NCBI GenBank assembly: GCA_965263355.1
Contig: CBDHHL010000032.1
Location: 2,496,001 to 2,560,000, forward strand
DNA from: Leptolyngbyaceae cyanobacterium
GTDB taxonomy: Bacteria > Cyanobacteriota > Cyanobacteriia > Phormidesmidales > Phormidesmidaceae
Direction: 5' to 3'
Length of the DNA: 64,000 nt
The notes beneath the pieces were generated by a model. The model saw nothing but the letters and a program-made list of their open reading frames with translations, ran no database searches and was not told the origin of the DNA. Numbering within the stretch: the stretch's first letter is position 1; each line of letters starts with the position of its first letter. Shown here one piece after another: positions 32,142 through 40,876 of this stretch. Position numbers and translations under genes: made by a program.

Positions 32142-32259
32142 ACCAAAATCCTCACAATGATCTCTAATGATTGAATTGTAATAATTAAATTTATTATAAG
32201 CGGTGCCTTGGGAAACAATTTTGAAAACACGGCACAGCAGATTCTCAACCCTAAAAAAT

Positions 32260-32544
32260 ATGGCAAGAATGCACATTGAGTTTATTCAATCACAGGCTAT
32301 TCAACCCCAATCCTGGGAGATAAAGGGATTGCCTACCGGTGCCAGCACACGCATTCTCAGCATCGATCTTGAAACCGGAGACTGTAGCGAATTGGTTAAC
32401 TGGGACAAAGGCTGGGAGATTGATTCCGGTTACTTTACCTGTGACATAGAGATTTTTGTTCTCAGTGGTCAGATACAAATTGGTCAATTTTGTCTGAGGT
32501 CCTATACCTATGGCTTTTTTCCAACTGGCATTGGTTCCGTGTAA
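32260..32544 (+). pseudogene. Probably truncated cupin (DUF4437/ChrR-like)
   Basis: HIEFIQSQ, RILS.D.ETG, EIFVLSG...G...Y..FP.G covers only one cupin half and stops just before the CHAT block. Confidence 0.55.
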
Positions 32545-32630
32545 GGTACCTCAGGACTCGCTACCAGAATCAGGTCACGACTAGCATGACTTTTTTGCCT
32601 CGCTTTGCGTAAGTCGTATTGATAAAACTG

Positions 32631-35252
32631 TTATAGCCAGTTGCCTAATAGGATATAGGGTGACCAGTAAATGGGGTGACGATATAGAGGATCTTGCAAT
32701 AGTTTTAATTGTGCTTGTCTTAAGGCTTCTGCTCTGGTGACATCAGAATCTATCAAGGCTTTATAGAAATGGCCAATCAGTTTTGCCGTGGCCTCATCAT
32801 TAACAGACCACAATGTCGCTAATGTGCTGCGAGCACCCGCCCTGACAGCGGTGCCGGCTATACCAAGAGCGGCTTTCTTATCGCCTTTAGCGGTTTCACA
32901 GGCACTGAGCACCAATAATTCAATGGCGGTGTCACCATTAAGTGCATTAGTTTGGAGTGCCTGATCTAATTCGGTGACATTAATGCGATTGTCCCAGGAC
33001 AGAATAAAGGTATCCTTTGCAGCAGAGCTAAATTGACCATGGGTGGCAATATGGACGATGGGGAAACTGGAGGATTGCAGTTCTTTCTTTAAGGAATCAC
33101 GGGTAAATGCTTGATTCAAGAGCACTTCTCCTTGAGGAATGGTTGCTCGGATGGCATCCATTTCTGATGCCACATGACCTAGGGGTGCAAAGCCCTGGCG
33201 TCCCTCAGTTAGACCTGCTGCCAAAATCTGGATATGCTCTCTGGGAATAGGTTGGGGAGAGATCAGTTTGAGCCCCGGTGTAAGAGCAACGTTATAGTCT
33301 TCGATTAAAAAGTGTTCTCCATCATGCAATGCTCCCATAGGGACTACCTGAAGGGGTTTGTCGGGAACAAAAACAAGGGTGCTTACACCGCTGTTTTTTA
33401 GATCCATCGCAACAGGACGAATTAGCCAATCGTAGAGCTGTTGAGATGGAGCCAGATAATTTCGTCGACTGCGAATTACTAAAGTTTCTCGTAATTGTTG
33501 TGTGAGGGACTCGATCTCAGCTTTAGAAACTGGTGTGGAATAACTATATAATGGACGGTTAGGTAACCGTAAAATGACCTCTAATCGATCTTCCAGAAGA
33601 ATTGGATAAAAAATTGCTGCTTGCGAATCAATTTTATCAATTTGGATAGGCTGTACATCCATGCAAGCTTCCTTAAAGAAGTCATCTAACTCTGCTAGCT
33701 GAAGAGATTCAATAACATCACGTGCCTTTTCCAGATCGTTTTCGTTAATAGGCTGGCCAGGTTCAGACTGGAGTAAAAGATCAACCAATCCTCGATAAAT
33801 GGGTTCGATACTTTCTTTGAACGAGAATTGTAAGTCAGAACTGGTGGCAACTAAATCACCCCGTAGAGTTTTGAGGATATTAACAGAATTAGTGTAAGAT
33901 GCGATCGCATCCTCTCGCATCCCCTGATGTTTCAAAATCCGTCCTAACTGCCATTGCCACCGATAAGCAATATCCGAGGCATTCAAAGTCTGAGCCAGGT
34001 TGAGCGCCTGTCGCGTTAAGTCAATTGCCTCATCCCACTGTTTAGCCTGTTCATACACATTCCCCAACTGTCCTAGGGCATAGGATTCGACCCGCTGGTC
34101 ATCAATTAACCGGGCTTGCTGAATAGCCTTAGCTGCTATCTGAGCAAGAGATGTCCAATCTGGAGCAGATGTGCCAGTATATTCTTGATACAACTTTGTA
34201 AGATTATGGACTAAGTTAACTTGTCCATAAATAGTGGTGTGGCTAATCGGCAAATCCTCTAATTGGCCCATGATAGTCTTGCCCAAAGATCTAGCCTGCT
34301 CTTCTTGCCCTGTCGTAACCCACAATCCTAATTGCGCTAGCTGGCTTCTCAGCTGTGTTTCTGGTGGCAGAGATAACTGGGCCGCTTGTTGATAGTATCC
34401 CTCAGCGGCAGTCAAATCTTGTTGAGCCTGAGCTGTTTTACCGAGACTAATCAGCGTTTCCCCTATTTCGTCAGGAAGTTGTAATGCTTGCGCAATGGTC
34501 AGACTTTGGCCCAAAGTCTGACGAGACTGTTCTAGTTGACCAACAACTCGTAGCAGGTTGCCCAGACGTCGCAGCGTAATGACATGTAGCTCGGACTCAG
34601 GTTGATTTGTCAAAGTGTCCCGTACACCAACCAGTCGATCAACTGCCCGTCGATAAAAACCTAAATCGTATAGTGCTTGGCTTTGGTTCAGTTGACTTTG
34701 AACCACACCCGTTACATTATCAATTTGCTGATAGATCTCTTCAGCCTGTTGCCAGTGGAGTAGAGCCTCTTCTGCTTGCCCCTGATTAAGCTGGAAATTA
34801 CCTTGATTTGTTAAAATCTGAGCATAGCTTGGTAGCTGTATTGTAGGTACATCCACTACATCCGGTAAGAGGTCCAGACTACTGCCCATGGCTTGAGATG
34901 CTTCCAATCCTTGGCCTATTTTTTGATAAGTTAGGGCTAAGTTACTGAGGATTCTTGCTTGCCCCCAAGTGTTGCGTTGCGTCTGATATAGTTGCAGTGC
35001 CTGTTGCCAGGTAGTAATGGCTGCCCTATATTGACCTGATGTATATAGATTGCTGCCGCATTCTTCTAATTGAAGCGCATCTACACATGGATGCTCAGTA
35101 GTTAGCGCAGTAGTCTGAATGCTGGTATGTTTCTCTGCCATACTTGCTGAGAATGCAGGGGCTTGATTAGACCAAATCCAGCAAATAGTAAATCCTAAGA
35201 CTACCCAAATGGGAAAAAATAACTGACGTCGGTACCGGTGATTAGGTCGCAT
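32631..35252 (-). CDS. Exported TPR + CHAT (caspase-like peptidase) protein
   Basis: N-terminal signal/TM, TPRs, YRWQWQLGR, catalytic HIATHG and LSACETA, HPIYWSPY. Confidence 0.93.
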   Translation of the reverse strand: MRPNHRYRRQLFFPIWVVLGFTICWIWSNQAPAFSASMAEKHTSIQTTALTTEHPCVDALQLEECGSNLYTSGQYRAAITTWQQALQLYQTQRNTWGQARILSNLALTYQKIGQGLEASQAMGSSLDLLPDVVDVPTIQLPSYAQILTNQGNFQLNQGQAEEALLHWQQAEEIYQQIDNVTGVVQSQLNQSQALYDLGFYRRAVDRLVGVRDTLTNQPESELHVITLRRLGNLLRVVGQLEQSRQTLGQSLTIAQALQLPDEIGETLISLGKTAQAQQDLTAAEGYYQQAAQLSLPPETQLRSQLAQLGLWVTTGQEEQARSLGKTIMGQLEDLPISHTTIYGQVNLVHNLTKLYQEYTGTSAPDWTSLAQIAAKAIQQARLIDDQRVESYALGQLGNVYEQAKQWDEAIDLTRQALNLAQTLNASDIAYRWQWQLGRILKHQGMREDAIASYTNSVNILKTLRGDLVATSSDLQFSFKESIEPIYRGLVDLLLQSEPGQPINENDLEKARDVIESLQLAELDDFFKEACMDVQPIQIDKIDSQAAIFYPILLEDRLEVILRLPNRPLYSYSTPVSKAEIESLTQQLRETLVIRSRRNYLAPSQQLYDWLIRPVAMDLKNSGVSTLVFVPDKPLQVVPMGALHDGEHFLIEDYNVALTPGLKLISPQPIPREHIQILAAGLTEGRQGFAPLGHVASEMDAIRATIPQGEVLLNQAFTRDSLKKELQSSSFPIVHIATHGQFSSAAKDTFILSWDNRINVTELDQALQTNALNGDTAIELLVLSACETAKGDKKAALGIAGTAVRAGARSTLATLWSVNDEATAKLIGHFYKALIDSDVTRAEALRQAQLKLLQDPLYRHPIYWSPYILLGNWL

Positions 35253-35328
35253 AGATCTGACATATAGGAATCGACGATTAGCGCAAAAATGAACAAAAAT
35301 GAAACTATAAAATTAGTAGCGGAGCATT

Positions 35329-37950
35329 CTAACTTGATTGACACCGAGGGTAAAACTGCTGAGAACTATTATGGGAATGATTAACAGCTTGAGATGTCAA
35401 AATAATCTCTCCCTCTAAACCTGTCATCCAGCCTTGAGCTTCAACCAGTTGAGATAACTCAGGAGATTGAGACTGCAACCCTGTTTCCAACATTGCAGGT
35501 GCTATGTGTTGAGTTTGCTCTAGAAGATGGTTGCTATAGCCCAAGTCGGTAAAAAGATGTCGCTCTTGAATAGCAGCTTCAGGGGTGAGCGGAAGCCCAC
35601 CTCGGCCTGTTATGGTGAATCTGCCTGTTGTTGCAGTATTGACTGTGCCACAGGATTCTCCCACCTGATTAGTAGCATCCGCTAAGCCTTCTGGTAAATT
35701 AGTTAACCCTTGATCCGGTTCAACATCGGGACGGTTAATAATTACTGTACCATCTGTTCCAAATTGGGAACTGGCATCAATATCATTGGTACCATTGCCT
35801 GTCATTGCAGGTCTCTCGGCCAAACCTAAAATACTGGATGCTGTAATTTGAATATTGCCGCCAGGACCATTAATAGCTCTAGCAAGAACGTCACTATCTT
35901 GTCCTGGTATCGCTATCAAAAATGGTGTATCAATAGTTATGTTGCCACCAGAGCCACCATCTCCAGCTTGGGCAGAAATCCGACCAGCTTCATACAGAAT
36001 AATGTCTTCAGCCGCATTTAGAGTAACGTTACCACCGTCAGTGGTTTGAGTGGAAGCCGTTATTTGAGCCCGAGAGATTAACCTAATTTGATCCGCAGTA
36101 ACATCAATTTCACCCGCTTGGCCATTTCCCTGACCAATGGCAAACAATCCTGATGTACGGGTGTCATTCCCGGTAATCTCCAGTCGATCCATATTGCGCA
36201 GTGTGATACTGCCTGCAGTGCCTGAGCCTAAGGCTGTTGAACCTATGACTGCACTATCCGCTAGCTTGAGCAGTCCAGCCTCTATGAGAATTTCACCTCC
36301 TTGACTGGTAGACAAATTACCAGTTACTTCACCTGGTTGCACCTGACTGATAATACCGCTGGACCCGTTTTCTGATTCTCCTGTCAGGATGACCACATCT
36401 GCCTGGACAGTAATTTGTCCACCATTTCCAGCATCACCAAAGGTGGTGGCTTGTATTTGGGAGCCATCTTGAACGGTTAACTGCCCTGTAGTTAGCCAAA
36501 TATTGCCGGCATTTCCCACATCAGAAGTGACAATACCAATACCTGGTGGAGCATTTGGATTCTGCAAAAATTCATTTGCAAGGGTTTTTAATGAGGATTC
36601 CTCTTGGAGGGATGTTTCAGTGGCAGCAGTTATGCGGAGATTACCTCCGTTTCCAGGACCATAGGTGTTGGCTACAATAATGGCATTATTCTGTAAACGT
36701 AGGGTTGTTGTTTCGATGCTCACATCTCCCCCTTGGCCAATTGCTCCAGCTCCTACCTCAGTACCTAGCCCGCTGGCATTCAGGGCAACAACATTGGCAT
36801 AGGATTGATTTTGTCCTTGAATGGTTACATTGCCACTATTACCTGGTCCCTGGGTTTCTGAGGAAAGAACTGATCCGTTAGTCATGGTTAGCTCATCGAC
36901 ACTGATATTCACATCAGAACCTTGAGCTAAGCTAGTTGTAATTCCTTGAATGGCAGAGTCAGTTAAGTTTAGTTGCGTAGCATTGAGATTCAGCTCTCCT
37001 CCCTCAAAAGAACCAAACGTGATGCCAAAAATTCCTGAACTGTCTAGGGTTACCTCATTACCATGTAGATTCACTTGACCGCCACCAGGGCCGCCCACAT
37101 CAATCAATGAACCCAGTATCTGGATATCCTGATGGGTATCAGCGGGAGCATAACTAAATTCAAAACCTTGGGGTGCTGTTGACAAGCTGATTTTGCTTTC
37201 TGGACTAACACTACCCAGGACAATATTGCCCCCTGGTGCTGTTAGATTCCCTCCTAGAAGATTGATGTCACCTCCGATTAGAGCCAGGGTATTAAACAGA
37301 TTGAACAGTCCTGCTGGAGCCCCTAATGTGTTGACAGCTGAAGCTGCTTGAGACTGGTTCACAATGGGAGCAGCTATGTTGCCAAACTGCAGGCCAACGG
37401 GAGTACTAACCGTTAGCTGTACTGGTTCTGTAGGTGCTCCGGCAATAAACTCATCACCATTGAGAAAATTGACGCGTTCAGCTGTGCTAGCAACAAAAGC
37501 ACCTCCATTAAGGCTCAGCTCAGCATTTGGGCCAAATGTGATCCCAGCGGGGTTAAGTAAAAAGAAGTTAGCGGCTCCTGGCCCTACAACAAGATTTCCT
37601 AAAATGTTTGAAGCCTGAGTTGGATCGCTGACCCGACTAAAGATATTGGTTGCACCGCCATCATTAAAGATGACGGCTACCCCCTCAGGAATACTAAACT
37701 CGCTGAAACTATGAAAAAGATTATTTCCAGCAACACTAGCCCCTGTAATAAAACATGTGGTAGTGCAGTCAGCGCTGCCGGCCAGTGTAGTTGCGGTCGA
37801 TCCATCGGCTACCACGCGTATTTGAGCATTGGCTGGCATGGTAGAAAGCAGGAACACTAATCCATTAACAAGCCATGGAGCAGTAGATAGCTGATTAGCT
37901 AATTTGGCAGTAGCACTAAGGAAATAGCGACGAAGATCTTGTATGGCCAT
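35329..37950 (-). CDS. Filamentous-haemagglutinin N-terminal (TPS) domain protein
   Basis: NLFHSFSEF, NPAGI, beta-helix G/N-rich repeats, C-terminal FTITGRGGLP and EAQGW. Confidence 0.92.
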   Translation of the reverse strand: MAIQDLRRYFLSATAKLANQLSTAPWLVNGLVFLLSTMPANAQIRVVADGSTATTLAGSADCTTTCFITGASVAGNNLFHSFSEFSIPEGVAVIFNDGGATNIFSRVSDPTQASNILGNLVVGPGAANFFLLNPAGITFGPNAELSLNGGAFVASTAERVNFLNGDEFIAGAPTEPVQLTVSTPVGLQFGNIAAPIVNQSQAASAVNTLGAPAGLFNLFNTLALIGGDINLLGGNLTAPGGNIVLGSVSPESKISLSTAPQGFEFSYAPADTHQDIQILGSLIDVGGPGGGQVNLHGNEVTLDSSGIFGITFGSFEGGELNLNATQLNLTDSAIQGITTSLAQGSDVNISVDELTMTNGSVLSSETQGPGNSGNVTIQGQNQSYANVVALNASGLGTEVGAGAIGQGGDVSIETTTLRLQNNAIIVANTYGPGNGGNLRITAATETSLQEESSLKTLANEFLQNPNAPPGIGIVTSDVGNAGNIWLTTGQLTVQDGSQIQATTFGDAGNGGQITVQADVVILTGESENGSSGIISQVQPGEVTGNLSTSQGGEILIEAGLLKLADSAVIGSTALGSGTAGSITLRNMDRLEITGNDTRTSGLFAIGQGNGQAGEIDVTADQIRLISRAQITASTQTTDGGNVTLNAAEDIILYEAGRISAQAGDGGSGGNITIDTPFLIAIPGQDSDVLARAINGPGGNIQITASSILGLAERPAMTGNGTNDIDASSQFGTDGTVIINRPDVEPDQGLTNLPEGLADATNQVGESCGTVNTATTGRFTITGRGGLPLTPEAAIQERHLFTDLGYSNHLLEQTQHIAPAMLETGLQSQSPELSQLVEAQGWMTGLEGEIILTSQAVNHSHNSSQQFYPRCQSS

Positions 37951-38773
37951 ATGAGTGCAAAGTCTCTACAGCAACTGAGATTGCCAAGGGAATGAAAAAA
38001 TTGTGCTCACGTTCAGGATAGTCGTTTTGCTTTAGAGGAAACTACGTTTGAATTTGGACGTGGTTTTAAACTTGGGGAGTTAATCAGCTTTTTTGCTTTT
38101 TTGTATTGCAAACATAACAGTTGAAAAACCAATACATTTCCAAGAATACCCACTTAAGATGCCTGAATATTTATTAGAAACACATATTTTTGTTATTGGC
38201 TAGAAAGTCCCTAGATAGGGCATTACAGGAATGCTGAAGTCTCAAATACGCCAAATTGATATATCAAAACACACTTAAAGGTTGATTGATAGAGATTCGA
38301 TAAATACTTTTCACACGGTTAAAGAGAAATGTAAGTAATTCGTATTTGGAGCGATATATACCGTCTGTGAATCTATGGAGCTTTAAAGCAATCGAAATTT
38401 TACTAATTTGGTAAATACACTGAAATTTATAGTCTACTTCATTAAAAGTTTAGAGAAAACCTTCTAAGAAATACGTATTTGTAACGAGGACAATACATCC
38501 TATCAATTTTTTTAAGTATGGCTGTTCAGTAGTCACACGTTTTTGCCCATAACTTAAGTCTACGTGCAAGCACGATGGTTCAGGCTTGGTATTGGTAGCA
38601 ATATATACGCAAAGCCACCTGTTGATAGAGCGCAAAGAGCTTTCGGCTCCACAAGTACTTAAGTAGACATCATCAGTACAACACCTACTAAAAAGCCGTA
38701 ATTCTTCTTTCTCACTGTTGGTTATTAATTCACTAAATAGTCTGTCGTTACTGATATCTACACAATCCCTGGC

Positions 38774-40030
38774 ATGTTTAATAAATCTCTCACTAAGGTA
38801 TTCCCTCTTCGGCTGCTGATTAGTACTCTAGCTACAGGTACTATGGCACTTGGTTTTCAGCAAAATGCTCAGGCTCTAACTTTCAATTTTAATTTCACTG
38901 AAGATACTCCTGCGATTTACGTCACCAGGGTGAATCAGATAGGAGATGTCTGGAGTAACTATATTCATGATGACGTAACTGTAAATATTAATGTTGAAGT
39001 CGGGGCGTTGCCCAGCGGCTATCTGGGTGGGGCTCGACCTAGTATGGTAAAGGTAAATTATGCTGATGTTGTCCAACAATTGGAGTTAGATCGGCTTTCA
39101 GATCAAGATCAAAGTGCGGTGGCAAATTTGCCCACTTATCAGTCTTCAGTAGGTGAAATTAGCATTGCTCGGACAATTAATCAGACAAGTGATGCCACTG
39201 GTCTTGTCCACACTGATACTAGTGCAACAAATCTTTGGCTTACACGAGCCAATGCTAAAGCACTGGGAATTGTATCTGGTAATGATACTACGGTAGATGC
39301 CGTTATCCGTTTGAGTGATCAGGTGGCTTGGGACTTCGATCCCAGGAATGATATTATGTCTGACCGATATGATTTTGCAGGAACTGTTTATCATGAGTTA
39401 ACTCATACCCTCGGATTTTTAAGTGGGGTTGACGTCCTAGACTACAATGCCAAAAATGGTATTTTTCTCTCTGATGATAGCTATGACTACATTACCAGCA
39501 TGGATCTATTTCGCTACTCTGAGATAGTTAAAGGTAGTGGAACAATTGACTGGACAGTCGATACGGACACCGAATACTTTTCGGTAGATGGTGGACAAAG
39601 TCAACTTGCAGAGTTTACTAATGGTTCTGCAGCATCTGCCAATGCTGACAATTATCAAGTTAGTCACTTTAGAGATGGCACCAACAGTGTTATGAGACCT
39701 ACTTTATCCAAAGGTGAGCGGTCTCTGCTGACAGGGCTTGATCTGCAGGTCATGGATGTCATTGGCTGGGATCGAGCAGCAGGTAGCCAAACTAACTATC
39801 AAAACTCTACCATTTCATATCGTTCTGATGGTGATAGCTTTGATGGAGCGCTGTCTTGGGGAGGGTGGAGTAATACTGGTTATAACTACAATTTCTGGCA
39901 GGAGGATGGATTCCTTGCATCTTCAACAGAGGAATCTTCTAATCACCAAGATGTTCCAGAACCGGGAATGCTGATGGGGGTGGGTGTGATCGCACTTCTC
40001 GGACTTAAATCTCTAAAAAAATGTTCATAG
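38774..40030 (+). CDS. Secreted zinc metalloprotease (NF038122-like) with PEP-CTERM tail
   Basis: Signal peptide, LTRANAKALG, HELTHTLGF, MDLFRYS, SHF..SVM, FWQ, VPEP + TM + basic tail. Confidence 0.88.
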   Translation: MFNKSLTKVFPLRLLISTLATGTMALGFQQNAQALTFNFNFTEDTPAIYVTRVNQIGDVWSNYIHDDVTVNINVEVGALPSGYLGGARPSMVKVNYADVVQQLELDRLSDQDQSAVANLPTYQSSVGEISIARTINQTSDATGLVHTDTSATNLWLTRANAKALGIVSGNDTTVDAVIRLSDQVAWDFDPRNDIMSDRYDFAGTVYHELTHTLGFLSGVDVLDYNAKNGIFLSDDSYDYITSMDLFRYSEIVKGSGTIDWTVDTDTEYFSVDGGQSQLAEFTNGSAASANADNYQVSHFRDGTNSVMRPTLSKGERSLLTGLDLQVMDVIGWDRAAGSQTNYQNSTISYRSDGDSFDGALSWGGWSNTGYNYNFWQEDGFLASSTEESSNHQDVPEPGMLMGVGVIALLGLKSLKKCS

Positions 40031-40087
40031 TTTTTGACAATGTCAAAACTATTTTGCTCATTTAGTTCTTCATGGGGGAATAAAACT

Positions 40088-40876
40088 ATGGCCAAGCGCT
40101 ATCAAAAATTATTAGCCATTAGCTTTGGCGGACTACTCTGCTTAAGTTTAGAGATAACGCCTAGCTTTGCAGGGACGCCAACACAATCAGATGTTCCTGT
40201 GCAGGGGCTGCCAGGGCGTCGTCTAGGTGGTGGTACCCGTAATCCTGATGGTGGTTATGTAGAGCAGATGCCGCTAGTGGCGCTGATTCCTGAAAACAAC
40301 TTAGGCATTACCACAGCAGCATTGCCAAAGTTTCTCTTTTACTTGCCAGCTGCCAGTGAGGTAAGAGATGTTGAATTCGTATTGTATGACGAAGCAGATA
40401 ACCTCATTTATGAAACAACAGTATCGGTTTCACCGATGGCGGGCATTTTTGGCGTGGATTTATCTTCAGCAGAAGGACTAGCTCCATTACAACTGGATAA
40501 AAACTACCATTGGTACTTTTCGATTATTGCCGATGATCGAGCCCAAGACATGTCTGTGGATGGGTGGACTCGTCGAGTTGAGTTGGCAACATGGGTTCAA
40601 GAACAGTCATTGAACTCTGATTTAGCCCTACGACTGAAATCAGCTACCCCATTAGAACAAGCACGATTGCTCCATCAAGAAGCTCAGCTATGGCATGATG
40701 CAGCCATAATTTTAGAAAACCTACAACAGACTGAGCCTGACAATCCATTAGTTGCTGAGGAATGGAATAATCTACTGCATGCAGTGAATCTGACAGAACT
40801 AGGCTCAGTATCGATGAATCGAGTCTCTATTGTTAGTTTAAGAGATGATGCTAATATTTCCAGCTTGATGGATTAG
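40088..40876 (+). CDS. DUF928 domain protein
   Basis: Signal peptide, PGRRLGGGTR, ALIP, P.FLFYLP, Y.WYFSI, LWHDA, W..LL. Confidence 0.88.
   Translation: MAKRYQKLLAISFGGLLCLSLEITPSFAGTPTQSDVPVQGLPGRRLGGGTRNPDGGYVEQMPLVALIPENNLGITTAALPKFLFYLPAASEVRDVEFVLYDEADNLIYETTVSVSPMAGIFGVDLSSAEGLAPLQLDKNYHWYFSIIADDRAQDMSVDGWTRRVELATWVQEQSLNSDLALRLKSATPLEQARLLHQEAQLWHDAAIILENLQQTEPDNPLVAEEWNNLLHAVNLTELGSVSMNRVSIVSLRDDANISSLMD

Noticed and set aside
37951..38773. A further copy of the shared upstream motif before the PEP-CTERM protease
   Set aside because: Only TTTGTAACGA (~38478) matches; the GCAGATT and TTTTGAGA boxes are absent.
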